A stretch of 64,000 bases of DNA, from assembly GCA_002269645.1 (NCBI GenBank), contig NIVC01000922.1, positions 186,001-250,000 of the forward strand, in the 5' to 3' direction. Of the stretch, positions 39,298 to 52,063 are shown one piece after another. The first letter of the stretch is position 1. Each line of letters starts with the position of its first letter. The stretch is from Macrostomum lignano (Eukaryota). The notes under the pieces were generated by a model that made no database searches, was not told the DNA's origin, and saw only the letters and a list, made by a program, of their open reading frames with translations. The translations under genes and the position numbers were made by a program.

Positions 39298-42200
39298 ACA
39301 GCTACAGCTTGACCATCTGACTTCGTTCAAGCACCAACTCGAGTACTTGCTGACATCGCGGGAGAGAGCCCGACTCAAAAAGGCCCTCCAGCACTACTCA
39401 ACTCATCGAGACGTCAACGGCCTTATCGTTGATGTCTCGGAAATTCTGGACACTCCATCCAAGAAATCATTGTGGATGTACATCGTACCGCTGCTGTCTC
39501 CACATCATCAGAACTTCTGCAGGGAAAAGCTCGGCCTACCAGTCTCGGTTGGCACCTCCAGGCAGCCTGGCCGATCGGCTGACGGCGCTGGCGGAGGCGG
39601 AGGCGGTGCAAGGCCGAGGTCCTCCAGCCGAGGCCGAGACAATGGCACGCCACAGAGACGCCGCGCGCAGCCGCAGCACGCCTCCACCAGCAGCCTGGGC
39701 GGTAGGCAGCAGCCAGTCAGCTACAATCCGTTCAATCAGCCGCAGGAGGAAGTTGGAATTGAGGACGAGGATGAAGAATTTAGAATCTGTAAGGGTAGAT
39801 TTTCTTTAACTATTAAGCTTTAGTTTTTCATATTTTAATGCTTAGTAAACTATGATTAATGTTTCAGTTGGCAGAGCTGCTTCGCTGTTGCGAGATGGGG
39901 CCAGCTCGCGGGGACCCGCCAGTGTCGGGGTGAGTAATGATCCTTAAACATGTAGACGATTTTTCTGAGCATAAGTTGGTTTGTCCAAATATTTTGAGAG
40001 ATAGCTAGTGACTCAAAAAGTGACCCATCTAAAACCATAAGAGACGTTTTTGGAGACGCACCTGGTACCGGAAACTATGAAAGCCTGGCTTGATTCCACC
40101 TGACTCATATCACAAGTCGTAGCTCAGCGATGAGAAAGTCATGACAGCACTGAACATTGTGCACATTTAGGTAGTTCGTCACGTACCAAATTCACCATCA
40201 ACCTCAGCATACGCCCCATTCTCTCCAGCGTGACTTCACCTCGTCGAGTGACGACGAATTCCGTCGGTCGATCTCGCCGCCACCTCGCCAGCCGGGTGCC
40301 GCAGCGAAAAGTCGCGGCCGAACGCCTCAACGCCTTCGACAGGGTCAGCAGCGGCAGCAGCCGCAGCCGCAGCCGCAGCAGCGACGCCATCAGATGCGTA
40401 AGTCAAAGCAGCTTCCTACCGATGATGCAGACTCGCCATCTTCTGGCGCTGCGACGGCAGCAGGCAATCGACGCGCTGCCGACGGCAAAGAAGCCAAAGA
40501 GACGACTGTGGAGGAGGCGCCTCAAGCTAGGCTCATCAAATTCCCCAGCTACGCCTAATTTATCCCTTATGGCTGATAAACTTAGTAGCTAGCAACTATA
40601 GGGATGTTTCCTAGAAATGGGACTCATGCATAAGACGTTAGAAGGAGTCGATTTTATTCAAAGTGTCATTAACCCAAAGCCGCCGTCACCTCTATTATCG
40701 AAGTTTTGTTCAAGAGTAAAAAAATTCGCGCGAAAAAATCACGCAGCACGGTCACTCGGGTGTAATTTTTTACCATTCACGGATACGCAGTCACGGTACT
40801 AAAAGTAGAGTGTCACGATTAGTAAATGAGTATTTATGTTAAAAATATCAAGTGATTTTAATATTTTTTAGATTACTTGAGTTTATTTCTCTAGTCACAT
40901 ATTTTTAAAAAAATTTATCTTTTTATCACTTTAAAAACATTTAGTATGGAAAACATTTTTATAATATTTTATATAACATAGGGCATCGACGAAATGGCCA
41001 AAGTTGATTTTAGTAAGCAACGGAAGAAAGAGCTAGCTAAATTTCAGGCTTGAATGGTTTGTTCATTTGTCAGTGGCTTTTGTGGTGGGCACTTTTTATA
41101 GGAAAAACTCCTCAGTTATTTTTAATTGATCGTTTAATTAGAAAAATATAGGATTTCAGAACTAGAAAAAATTTAGAATCTTCATGCAGGCTCGTACAGC
41201 ATCTTGTATTTCGTTTTGATCTTCACAGAACCTCACTGGTAGTGACTGGCAATTTTGCGAAGGTTTTGAAACTTTGTTAAAATCGACACTTTCGGGTTTA
41301 AAATGTCGCAAAAATCACTGGATGACTGCGCAAACGAAAGCCATTGACAGAACAAGAAAGATGACCGCCTTCAGGGCTGTTTTAAAAAAATGTTAAGGAA
41401 AAATCAACTTTGGTAAAATTTCGATTGAAGCTCAAATCTTACGTCACAAAAATCATTTTGTTTAAATGTTTAAAAACCTTTCCTATTTTTAACCATTTCA
41501 AAACAAAACCCAGTTTTCCACTCGCATAGAATTTTTAAAAACTACAAAATTTCCGTCCTTGTAACATTCTATGTACAGAAAATACTCGCAGCTATAAACT
41601 GACAAACGCAAATTTAATTGTCATTTTCAATATTTTCCAATAAACGAGATTTACTCCTGACGGAGTAAAACAAAAATTCACAGAAATAAATAAAAGTTAT
41701 AAAAAATGGCAATGTTGCTTCAACCGAAATCCTGCAATACTTATCTTTTCAAATTTATTTTGTACCGACATATTTGGTTATTTGGTTCAACCTGTAAATG
41801 GCTTTCGTTGTGCAAAAATTAACGAAATTGTTTTAAATAGTTAGAGAAGCATTATAACAAAACCTTCTACTTCGATTATAGTCTTATGAGCTACGTGCTT
41901 GCGCAAATTATTTGTGAATCTGCCTGATACTACAGAGTAAACACTTAGAATACCCGAGTGACAGCTGCGTGGTTTGTTCTTATAAAAAACTTCCTAGTCT
42001 GGGTCAGACTGGTGGAGAGATGTCGCGATGCCGTACGGTCGTATTAATTTTTTTAATACGCTTACGGTATTTGCTTCTGAATCTTGTGCAGTTTAACATA
42101 CAGAGGGAAAGTTCGTGAATTTCCCTCTCCTCTCTGTCTAGAAATGGGGATATTGAAGAGCAAGTGTAAGCATTTATATGTGCATAGCGACTTTTCGAGT

Positions 42201-45200
42201 TAACGCGTGAACCAAGGATCTCACTAGAAGTTAATAAGGACAGGAACTTTGATTCTTGGAAAGATTGAAGGCCTATCCCTTTCTTTTTTAAACTTAAACG
42301 ACAAGGTCTTTTAAAGCTATGAAACTGATGGTTGATCTCGAGCTCCATTTGGTAGTTCGTTCCAACTCAAAGCTGGACGAGTTGACTAAATGGGCCTTAT
42401 GCCAATTTTTGCTTTAACCTAGAGGACCTCGAAAATTTGAGCCACAAAGCTTCAGCAGAGCCTTAGAAGATTCTATTAGCTAAGAGTCATCGCAAATAAG
42501 TCCACAGCAAAAACAGACAGGAAGCGCTCTGACACGTGCGATAACGGCTCGCAACTGTAAATGCACATGCATTTGATATCTTTCATGCATAGCCACTCTA
42601 TGCTATGAACGCTGAGCATGACTACAGCTTGACTTCTGGCTGGCTCCGGGTCGACTGTCACCTTGATTGCGGCTGAGCCCACTGGCCGATCAAGAGGGGG
42701 GTCAATGGGGTCGGCTGACCGCCCGGGAAAAATCATGGATCCGCCTCTCTCTGAGTTCAATGCCTCGCCGAGACTAACAAATTAATACACCTTAGTACCC
42801 TCAATTCTTAGTCCAAAATCTCCTTGAAGTAACAGACCTCATCAGACTCTCACTCAGTTGATCTAATCTTGCTGCGACTGACCTTTTGGGTTTCCGAATT
42901 GGGGACGATTTTGTTACTCACGCTTCAGGCTCAAACTAAGATCAGTCTCACTAGAAGCGAGCTCAAACCAATTCAACCCCACGCGCAGATTTCGGTGTCA
43001 ACCAGCCGGACAAAGGTGACAACGTCGTTGAGGCCGTCCTGCTGACCGACAGCGACTACGACGGCTACGACTCCGACACTGATGACGAAGACTTCGACGA
43101 CAATGAAGAGGATCGAGAGTCGATTGTGTACGACCTGCCTGCTAGGAGTCTGCGCGACGAGGACGAGCTGGACGATGAAGAAGGCGGCCCTGCCGCAACG
43201 TCATTCGGCGTTGCCATGGCAAGACGGCGACGTCGGGAGAACAGCGATTTAATTTTCCGAATGAACGGCGAGCCGGTTGATCGAAATCAGCTGCCGCCGA
43301 ATGCTAGACTAGTCTTAGTTGATCCGGACAAAGACTGGCTATTGTTCACCGGCAACAATGCCGAGAAGGCCAACGAAATTCTACGCGCCCAGGAATCGAT
43401 GGACGCCCGGGCATTTCGCGCGATGAAGGCTTTAGACGATGTTGTTGATGGAGCCGAGGATGGCGCTGCTTCGCCGGCTGCAGGGACGGCGGCTGCCGCT
43501 GGCGGTGCACGAAATTCTCAAGCTGCACCGCCACCGCCGCCTCCTCCACCACCTCCGCCTCCGCCGCCACCGCCGCCGCCACCGCCGCCGCCGCCTCCGC
43601 CGCCGCCGCCGCCAACCTGGCTGGAAGCCGGCAATCCGGGCCAGATGAACGTCCGCCGCCTCAACTGGGAGAAGCTCGAGTTGAACAACCTCGGCGAGAC
43701 GATCTGGGGCCAGATCAGCGCCGATAGGGCGCTAAGCGAGGTGGTGAACTATCTGGACATTGAAGGCCAGTTCGCTGTGAAGAAGCCGAAACACACTCCG
43801 TCTATTGTTGACAAGCACTTGGCCAAGAAGGATATCTGCATACTGAATGGCAAAAAGGCGCACAACATCGGTAAGTTGGCTGCTGTCTCAACATGCGGCA
43901 GAAGGATTACCCTGAAATGCTGATCACCGCGCCACATTTCAGCCATTCTTCTTGGCCACCTGAAACTGCCAATAGCTGAGCTAAAAGCTGCCCTTTACAA
44001 CATGGACGAGAGCATCTACACCGCCGAGTTGCTGCAGCAGATGATTCGATTTGCGCCAAGCTCAGACGAGGTAAAAACATCGATTTCTTTTCTCGCTCGT
44101 TAGGTCTCTGGAGTGCTCAAGTGAACTCTGAAGTGCTTTTGGAAACTTAGAAGGGCTCTTCTTCTGCAGGACTCTGAAGTGACTTTAAAGGGCTCTAGAG
44201 GACTCTAAAGTGCTCCTGGAGACTTTTAAGTGCTCTACAGAGGACCCTGGATTGCTCTTGAGGAATCCGAAGTTCTTTTGAGACATCTGAATTATTGCTT
44301 TTCGGTAGAAATGCGTTGTCGGTAGAAAGCTCTGAAAGGTTTTAGAATCATCCAATGGGCTTCTGTTTCTCGAGTACTTTGAGCTCCTTCCAACCAACGG
44401 CAACTATTAGAGTCACTCTCGATTCCAGATTGAAAAATACGACAACTACAACGGGCCGGTGAGCAAGTTGAGCAAGCCGGATCAGTTCGCCTACGAGATG
44501 ACTCGCGTGCCGGGCTACGAGCAGCGGCTGCGAGCGATGCTGTTCAAGCTGAACTTCTCCGAGAAAGTCGAATCGATTCGCCAGACTCTGCTGACTGTTC
44601 AGCGGGCCAGCAGGGAGCTGTGCCACAGCGACAAGCTGGCCAGAATTCTAGAGATGATTCTGGCGATGGGGAATTTTCTTAACCAAGGCAACAACAGGAT
44701 CGGTGGCGCTCAAGCTATAAAGATCTCGTCACTGGCTCGGGTTGGTTCAGTGCTGGGTACTTGAGTTGGTCGGTTCCTTGTAAAAAATGAGTGTGTCGGA
44801 CATGCGGAATTGAAAAACTCCCGGTCTACGATTCCGAATAGGGCAGTCCCAATCTCAGGTGTTTAATAAGGGAAACCTTTCTCTCGTTCAATAGGGGAAT
44901 CCCAATCTCAAGCGTTTGATAGGGGCAACCCCTCTCTCGTTCATTAGGGGAATCCCAATCTCAGGTGTTTAATAAGAAGGGAAACCCCTCTCTCGTTCAG
45001 TAGGGGAATCCCAATCTCAGGTGTTTAATAAGAAGGAAAACCCCTCTGTAGTTCAATAGGGGAATCCCAATCTCAAGTGTTTGATAGGGGAATCCTCACC
45101 TCAATCATCCAATAGGGCTATCCAATCTCAGTTGTTTCATAAGAGAAGTCCCTCTCTCGTTGTTCGATAGGGGAATCCCAATCTCAAGTGTCTAATAGGG

Positions 45201-48200
45201 GAATCCAAATCTCATACTTATAAGGGGAGTCCCAATCTCAAGTTTAGAGTTCGAATGGGGAATCCCTGCATGAAAATTTTTAAATCCGTACCAGTCACTA
45301 TCTCATTGGGTGGGAAATCCCTATTTCTATTTTTAGAACAGTAATTCTATTTTAGCCAACTATTCCATTCGTTTCAATTTAAAGCTGGAGATCACTAAGA
45401 CCACGGACGGCAAGTCGAACTTTCTACACGTGCTGGCTGAGTCGGTGCAGAAGCGCTGCCCTGAGGCGATCCACCTGCGCGAGGACTTGCCCTCAGTGCC
45501 CGATGCGGCTAAAGGTAAAACATATTGAATTTTCTGTTCGTGCAACTGATTGCAAGAATAACTTTTAAGTGCACTACTGACACTCACAAGTAGTAGCATC
45601 ATAAGTCTCTTTTTTCTTTTTTTAAACCATTCATTTAGCCGAGAAGATTGGTAAGTAGGCTTGATTCGACATTATTTATATTCTCGAAAGTTTTTTGAGC
45701 TGGCCTCCTGTATTTAGCGTTCTGGTAACTGGTATAGTTACTTTTTTATGTAATTTGGTTCGCGAAATTGCATGCTTAATTCCTATGACGATGTTTTACG
45801 TTCTTCCGGACTCTGGTGTAGTGAGTACTTGTAGTTTGTTATGCAGTGGGAGCTCTGGAATTTAATGATTACTCACAGTCTCGCTCGTGTTGCTGAAACA
45901 ATAAAATGGATTGCTAATCTAGCCAATACACACTGATGCAGGAATAGAATGAATTGCTAACCTAGCCAATACACACTGATGAAACAATAAAGTGGATTGC
46001 TAACCTAGCCAATACACACTGATGCAGGAATAGAGTGGATTGCTAACCTAGCCAATACACACTGATGCAGGAATAGAGTGGATTGCTAACCTAGCCAATA
46101 CACACTGATGAAACAATAAAGTGGATTGCTAACCTAGCCAATACACACTGATGAAGGAATAGAATGGATTGCTAATCTAGCCAATACACACTGATGCAGG
46201 AATAGAATGGATTGCTAATCTAGCCAATACACACTGATGAAGGAACAGAATGGATTGCTAATCTAGCCAATACACACTGATGAAGGAATAGAATGGATTG
46301 CTAATCTAGCCAATACACACTGATGAAGGAATAGAATGGATTGCTAATCTAGCCAATACACACTGATGAAGGAATAGAGTGGATTGATAATCTAGCCAAT
46401 ACACACTGATGCAGGAATAGAATGGATTGCTAATCTAGCCAATACACACTGATGAAGGAATAGAATGGATTGCTAATCTAGCCAATACACACTGATGAAG
46501 GAATAGAATGGATTGCTAATCTAGCCAATACACACTGATGAAACAATAAAATGGATTGCTAATCTAGCCAATACACACTGATGAAACAATAAAATGGATT
46601 GCTAATCTAGCCAATACACACTGATAAAGGAATAGAATGGATTGCTAATCTAGCCAATACACACTGATGAAGGAATAGAATGGATTGCTAATCTAGCCAA
46701 TACACACTGATGAAACAATAAAATGGATTGCTAATCTAGCCAATACACACTGATGAAGGAATAGAGTGGATTGCTAATCTAGCCAATATACACTGATGAA
46801 GGAATAGAATGGATTGCTAATCTAGCCAATACACACTGATGAAGGAATAGAATGGATTGCTAATCTAGCCAATACACACTGATGCAGGAATAGAGTGGAT
46901 TGCTAATCTAGCCAATACACACTGATGCAGGAATAGAATGGATTGCTAATCTAGCCAATACACACTGATGAAACAATAAAATGGATTGCTAATCTAGCCA
47001 ATACACACTGATGAAACAATAAAATGGATTGCTAATCTAGCCAATACACACTGATAAAGGAATAGAATGGATTGCTAATCTAGCCAATACACACTGATGC
47101 AGGAATAGAATGGATTGCTAATCTAGCCAATACACACTGATGAAGGAATAGAATGGATTGCTAATCTAGCCAATACACACTGATGCAGGAATAGAATGGA
47201 TTGCTAATCTAGCCAATACACACTGATGAAACAATAAAATGGATTGCTAATCTAGCCAATACACACTGATGAAACAATAAAATGGATTGCTAATCTAGCC
47301 AATACACACTGATGAAACAATAAAATGGATTGCTAATCTAGCCAATACACACTGATAAAGGAATAGAATGGATTGCTAATCTAGCCAATACACACTGATG
47401 CAGGAATAGAATGGATTGCTAATCTAGCCAATATACACTGATGAAGGAATAGAATAGATTGCTAAAGAAGAAATATCGTAATGACACAATATAAACGGCC
47501 TTTAACTTTAAGTTTCTACTTCTTTCGTGATAAATTTGAAATTAAAATTTGTTATTGGCCATGCTCAGTTGAATCACGTGCTTGCATCGCTGATTTGCAC
47601 TTGTAAAACGAGTTATCAATCAATATTTCAGTTTCAAACGCGGCCCTTGCCGAAGAAGTGAACGAACTGCGAAAACTGCTTCAGGTGAGGGTTTTGACAA
47701 TTTTTCAAACTCCTATCTAAAATATAATTTATTCTGTCCTCATAATTTCGAAATCGAATCATTAATTCTAAGGAAACGGCGTCTACACTGAAAGAGCTAG
47801 TTTCCCTGCAGAATCCGAAGGCATTTGAGAATTTGGATGTCCGGGTGAGTCCAAAACTTTTGAAATTGAGGAAGTTTAGGGATTTTGAGGATTTGAACAT
47901 TTATGAATTAGGATTTTAGGATACTAAAAAAGCTTGGGGATGGAGAAACTTGGGGATGGGGAAGATTGGGGATGGGGAAGAATGGGGATGGGGAAGATTG
48001 GGGATGGGGAAGAATAGGGATGGGGAAGATTGGGGATGGGGAAGATTGGGGATGGGGAAAATTGGGGATGTGAAAGATTGGGGATAGAGAAAATTGGGGA
48101 TGGGGAAGATTGGGGATGGGGAAGATTGGGGATGGGGAAGATTGGGGATGGGGAAGAATGGGGATGGGGAAGATTGGGGATGGGGAAGAATAGGGATGGG

Positions 48201-49533
48201 GAAGATTGGGGATGGGGAAGATTGGGGATGGGGAAGAATGGGGATGGGGAAGATTGGGGATGGGGAAGAATAGGGATGGGGAAGATTGGGGATGGGGAAG
48301 AATAGGGATGGGGAAGATTGGGGATAGGGAAGATTGGGGATGGGGAAGAATGGGGATGGGGAAGATTGGGGATGGGGAAGAATAGGGATGGGGAAGAATG
48401 GGGATGGAGAAAATTGGGGATTGGGAAGATTAGGGATGGGGAAGATTGGGGATGGGGAAGAATGGGGATGGAGAAAATTGGGGATGGGGAAGATTAGGGA
48501 TGGGGAAGATTGGGGATGGGGAAGATTGGGGATGGGGAAGATTGGGGATGGGGAAGATTGGGGATGGGGAAGATTTGGTATGGGAATATTGGCGTTGAGG
48601 AAGAGTGAGGATGGGGAAGAATGGGGATGGGGAAGATTGGGGATGGGGAAGATTGGGGATGGGGAAGAATGGGGATGGAGAAAATTGGGGATGGGGAAGA
48701 ATGGGGATGGAGAAAATTGGGGATGGGGAAGATTAGGGATGGGAAGATTGGGGATGGGGAAGATTGGGGATAAGGAAGATTTGGTATGGGGAAGATTGGG
48801 GATGGGGAAGATTTGGTATGGGAATATTGGCGTTGGGGAAGAGTGAGGATGGGGAAGATTGGGAATAGCACTGTAGTCCCAAACTCTTCTCGAATAACAT
48901 TTCAAACTTCACGTCAGCTCTTTCAATATCTATCAGAATTCCACTATAGCCAGTCAGTCCCTGCTGTCTGCCGCGCTGTCGAGCAAACATCTCACTCGCG
49001 CATTCTGGGTGACGAACCACACGATGATGAAGGAGGCTGGGAGAGCGGGCGGGACAGAGACACGAGACAGAGAGAGACAGAGGTCGCGACCAGGCCGACC
49101 AGATAATAAACTTTTCTGCTCTGAGACCCTCCGCCAGCTGTCTCTCGCAGAGGCACGGGCGGTCTCTCCTGTCTTCATCGCCTCATCCAGCTTCCCCGGA
49201 CACGGCATCTCTGCATCCCAATCTTCTCCCTCCAACCCGAGCGGCCTCCACGGTTCTGACTTTTTTCCCTGAGCGGCCGACATCGGGGCAGAATTTTTTC
49301 CTCTCCGCAATGAATTTTTCTCGCGACAAGCCGGAATTCCTAATGCGGCTGGGCTGCAGTTGTCTATCTATCTATCTATCTATCTGTCTATCTATCTGTC
49401 TATCTATCTGTCTATCTATCTGTCTATCTATCTATCTATCTGTCTATCTATCTGTCTATCTATCTGTCTATCTATCTGTCTATCTATCTATCTATCTGTC
49501 TGTCTATTTGTCTATCTATCTATCTATCTATCC

Positions 49534-49591
<58 letters not shown>

Positions 49592-49903
49592 TATATTCTA
49601 TTCTATTCTATTCTATTCTATCTTCGCTCGCTCTTTCTCGCTATCTACCATCTATTGCCAGGACCTGCACCGGAGCGGTTACGAAAATTAGATTTCTCGG
49701 TAGTTGCTCGCACTCTTTTGCACGACTTGAATAGTCTGATTTTCGTTCGGCATAGCTGGTTCCAGCAGGTAGTTCCTCTGGATAAAAGCGCTTACGGCGC
49801 CCATTGGCTTTCCAGCTGCCTTAATCGTTTCCGGTGATCTTGTGTGCGTGCTTTCAGCTTGATTGGCTGCGGCAAGCAAGCAATCTACTATCCATCTATC
49901 TAT

Positions 49904-49951
<48 letters not shown>

Positions 49952-51570
49952 TATATTCTATTCTATTCTATTCTATTCTATTCTATTCTATTTTATACTA
50001 TTCTATTCTATTCTTTTCTTTTCTATTCTATTCTATTCTTTTCTTTTCTATTCTATTCTATTCTATTCTATTCTATTCTATTCTATTCTATTCTATTCTT
50101 TTCTATTCTATTCTTTTCTATTCTATTCTTTTCTATTCTATTCTTTTCTTTTCTTTTCTTTTCTATTCTATTCTATTCTATTCTATTCTATTCTATTTTT
50201 TACTATTCTATTCTATTCTATTCTATTCTTTTCTATTCTATTCTTTTCTATTCTATTCTTTTCTATTCTATTCTTTTCTATTCTTTTCTATTCTATTCTA
50301 TTCTATTCTTTTCTATTCTATTCTATTTTATTCTATTCTTTTCTATTCTATTTTAGGATATCGACGGCACTGTGGCAGCCCTGACTCGGCTTGTGAACAG
50401 CGGTCAACATCAGGACCGATTCCAGGAGTCCATGACGGTACGGTTGGGGTCCCCACAGTAGAAAGGAATCATATGAGCCATATTGTGGTCTTTGTTTTAG
50501 ATTGAAGAGGCTTGATCAATAATAAAGTTCCTATTTGTCGCTGTACAATTGCTTCGCATCTAGTGTAACTTCTTTTAATATTCAAGTAGACTAGACTAAT
50601 ACTAATACTAATTTGATACTAAAACTCAGAGAGAATAGATCAAATATGTTTGGGACTAGACCAAATCTCAGGGAGACAAGACCAAATCTCAGGGAGACAA
50701 GACCAAATCTCAGGGAGACAAGACCAAATCTCAGGGAGACAAGACCAAATCTCAAGGAGACAAGACCAAATCTCAGTCTAAACCAAATCTCAGTGAGACT
50801 AGATCAAATCTCAGTCAGACTAGACCAAATCTCAATGAAACTAAGACCAAATCTGAGGTAGACAAGGCAAAATCTCAGAAGGAATAAACAAAATCTCAGG
50901 TAGACAAGACCAAATCTCAGGGAGAATAAACCAAGTCTTTATGAGACTAGATCAAATCCCAGTCAGGCTAGACCAAATCTCAATGAAACTAAGACCAAAT
51001 CTGAGGTAGACAAGACCAAATCTCAGGGAGAATAAACCAAATCTTTTTGAGACTAGACCAAATCTCAGTGAGACTAGACAAAATATCAGTGAGACTAGAC
51101 CAAATCTCAGTGAGACTAGATCAAATCCCAGTCAGACTAGACCAAATCTCAGTGAGACTAGATCAAATCCCAGTCAGACTAGACCAAATCTCAATGAAAC
51201 TAAGACCAAATCTGAGGTAGACAAGACCAAATCTCAGGGAGAATAAACCAAATCTTTGTGAGACTAGACCAAATCTCAGTGAGAACATGTAGACCGAATA
51301 AGCGATTCGGACTATTAAATACTGCTCAAAGCAATCCGACCACTTGACTTCGAAATCTCCCAGAAATTCCTGTCCGAAGCGAGCGGCGAGATCCAGGCTC
51401 TGTACGCCCTGCAGTCGGCCAGCGAGGCCCAGTTCCACGGCATGCTGAAGTTCTTCGGCGAGAACCCGAGACGGGTGTCCACAGACGAGGTGTTTGGCAC
51501 CTTCGCCACTTTCATGTTCCAGCTGGAGAAGGCGCATAACTATAATGTGGAGCGGCAGAAGAAGCTCTGA
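31772..51570 (+). CDS. GRID2IP: Delphilin (GRID2IP)-type formin: 3 PDZ, 3 harmonin-N-like domains, FH1, FH2; 15 exons, 1391 aa
   Basis: Exons 31772-32135, 32423-32613, 33013-33338, 37539-37789, 38024-38252, 38998-39788, 39868-39929, 40229-40397, 42989-43870, 43943-44070, 44429-44740, 45385-45514, 47632-47684, 50357-50437, 51364-51570. All GT-AG, total 4176 nt in frame. Delphilin-like start [17 protein letters not shown]; PDZ motifs YGFAMHG and FGFILRG; poly-Pro FH1; FH2 motifs [32 protein letters not shown]. Confidence 0.92.
33355..33933. repeat. 12-bp satellite TTAGCCAGTGTC, left of the mariner
   Basis: Tandem copies with interspersed (TA)n runs. Confidence 0.95.
33950..34146 (+). repeat. 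Left 197-bp inverted repeat of the mariner
   Basis: GAGGGATGTTCCATAAG...CTTACAAGAAATTT; reverse complement of 35505-35701 with no mismatch found by eye. Confidence 0.92.
34346..35431 (+). CDS. Mariner transposase, intact, 361 aa
   Basis: ATG at 34346 in good context (caccATGG). N-terminal HTH region (RSGRP), WVPRLL linker, [16 protein letters not shown] and [10 protein letters not shown], with 34 residues between the second and third Asp. No stops or frameshifts. Confidence 0.95.
   Translation: MDVNSREGQRAEIFTLWKLGKKRSEIYADLCNIHGANAVSRMTVYNWVEQFEAGRTNVADLPRSGRPCTSGSDALTDRILDLLDEDCRLTIRQIADRLDTPSTTVHRCLSRMDFVKLTARWVPRLLTSDLRLQRQQICQANIRMMEEYGGWDLFHRMIVTGDETWIPHFDPPTKRDSQVWMLKGSDPPVKAQRDAHGKKIMLSLFFDCNGPLTVEFLEPNTTINSERYVETLTKLHHDIQNKRRENPRPFILHHDNARPHTAQKTVEAISKLKLHLLPHPPYSPDLAPADFALFPELKRHLKGRVYETRNQIEEEVRRILLYVIPRQLYAEAIKSIFNRWTKCINSGGNYVEKVSVPTEDE
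35505..35701 (-). repeat. Right 197-bp inverted repeat of the mariner
   Basis: AAATTTCTTGTAAG...CTTATGGAACATCCCTC; reverse complement of 33950-34146. Confidence 0.92.
35718..37290. repeat. 12-bp satellite TTAGCCAGTGTC, right of the mariner
   Basis: Same unit and orientation as the left block, also with (TA)n runs. Confidence 0.95.
44830..45270. repeat. Degenerate ATAGGGGAATCCCAATCTC repeat in Delphilin intron 11
   Basis: Repeated GGGAATCCCAATCTCA motif with variable spacers. Confidence 0.75.
45895..47465. repeat. 43-bp minisatellite CTGATGAAGGAATAGAATGGATTGCTAATCTAGCCAATACACA in Delphilin intron 12
   Basis: About 36 copies. Confidence 0.97.
47935..48865. repeat. 15-bp G-rich minisatellite GGGATGGGGAAGATT in Delphilin intron 13
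   Basis: About 60 copies. Confidence 0.95.
49363..50355. repeat. Two (TATC)n-to-(TATTC)n microsatellite blocks separated by ~260 bp of unique sequence
   Basis: Blocks at about 49363-49620 and 49885-50355; the second runs into the exon 14 acceptor. Confidence 0.93.
50650..51290. repeat. 21-bp minisatellite AGACTAGACCAAATCTCAGTG in Delphilin intron 14
   Basis: About 30 diverged copies. Confidence 0.9.
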
Positions 51571-51697
51571 CTCATGGAGAGGGCCTTTTTAGTAGCTTCA
51601 CTTGCTGGTGCTCTGTGAAAATTTTCCTGCGATTTTTTCTGACTGTGTAAACTAATTTTAATGCTGCAGAAACTTTCTGCTCACTTCCTTCTATTGC

Positions 51698-52063
<366 letters not shown>

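Noticed and set aside
40981-41430. Short inverted pair CCAAAGTTGATTT / AAATCAACTTTGG in Delphilin intron 8
   Set aside because: Only ~13-20 bp, imperfect and without a clear TSD; may be an old MITE but cannot be supported from this window.
45895-47465. Regular 43-bp repeats superficially like a CRISPR array
   Set aside because: No unique spacers, units are directly tandem, context is a eukaryotic intron and no cas genes are present. The same holds for the 30-, 36- and 52-bp arrays.
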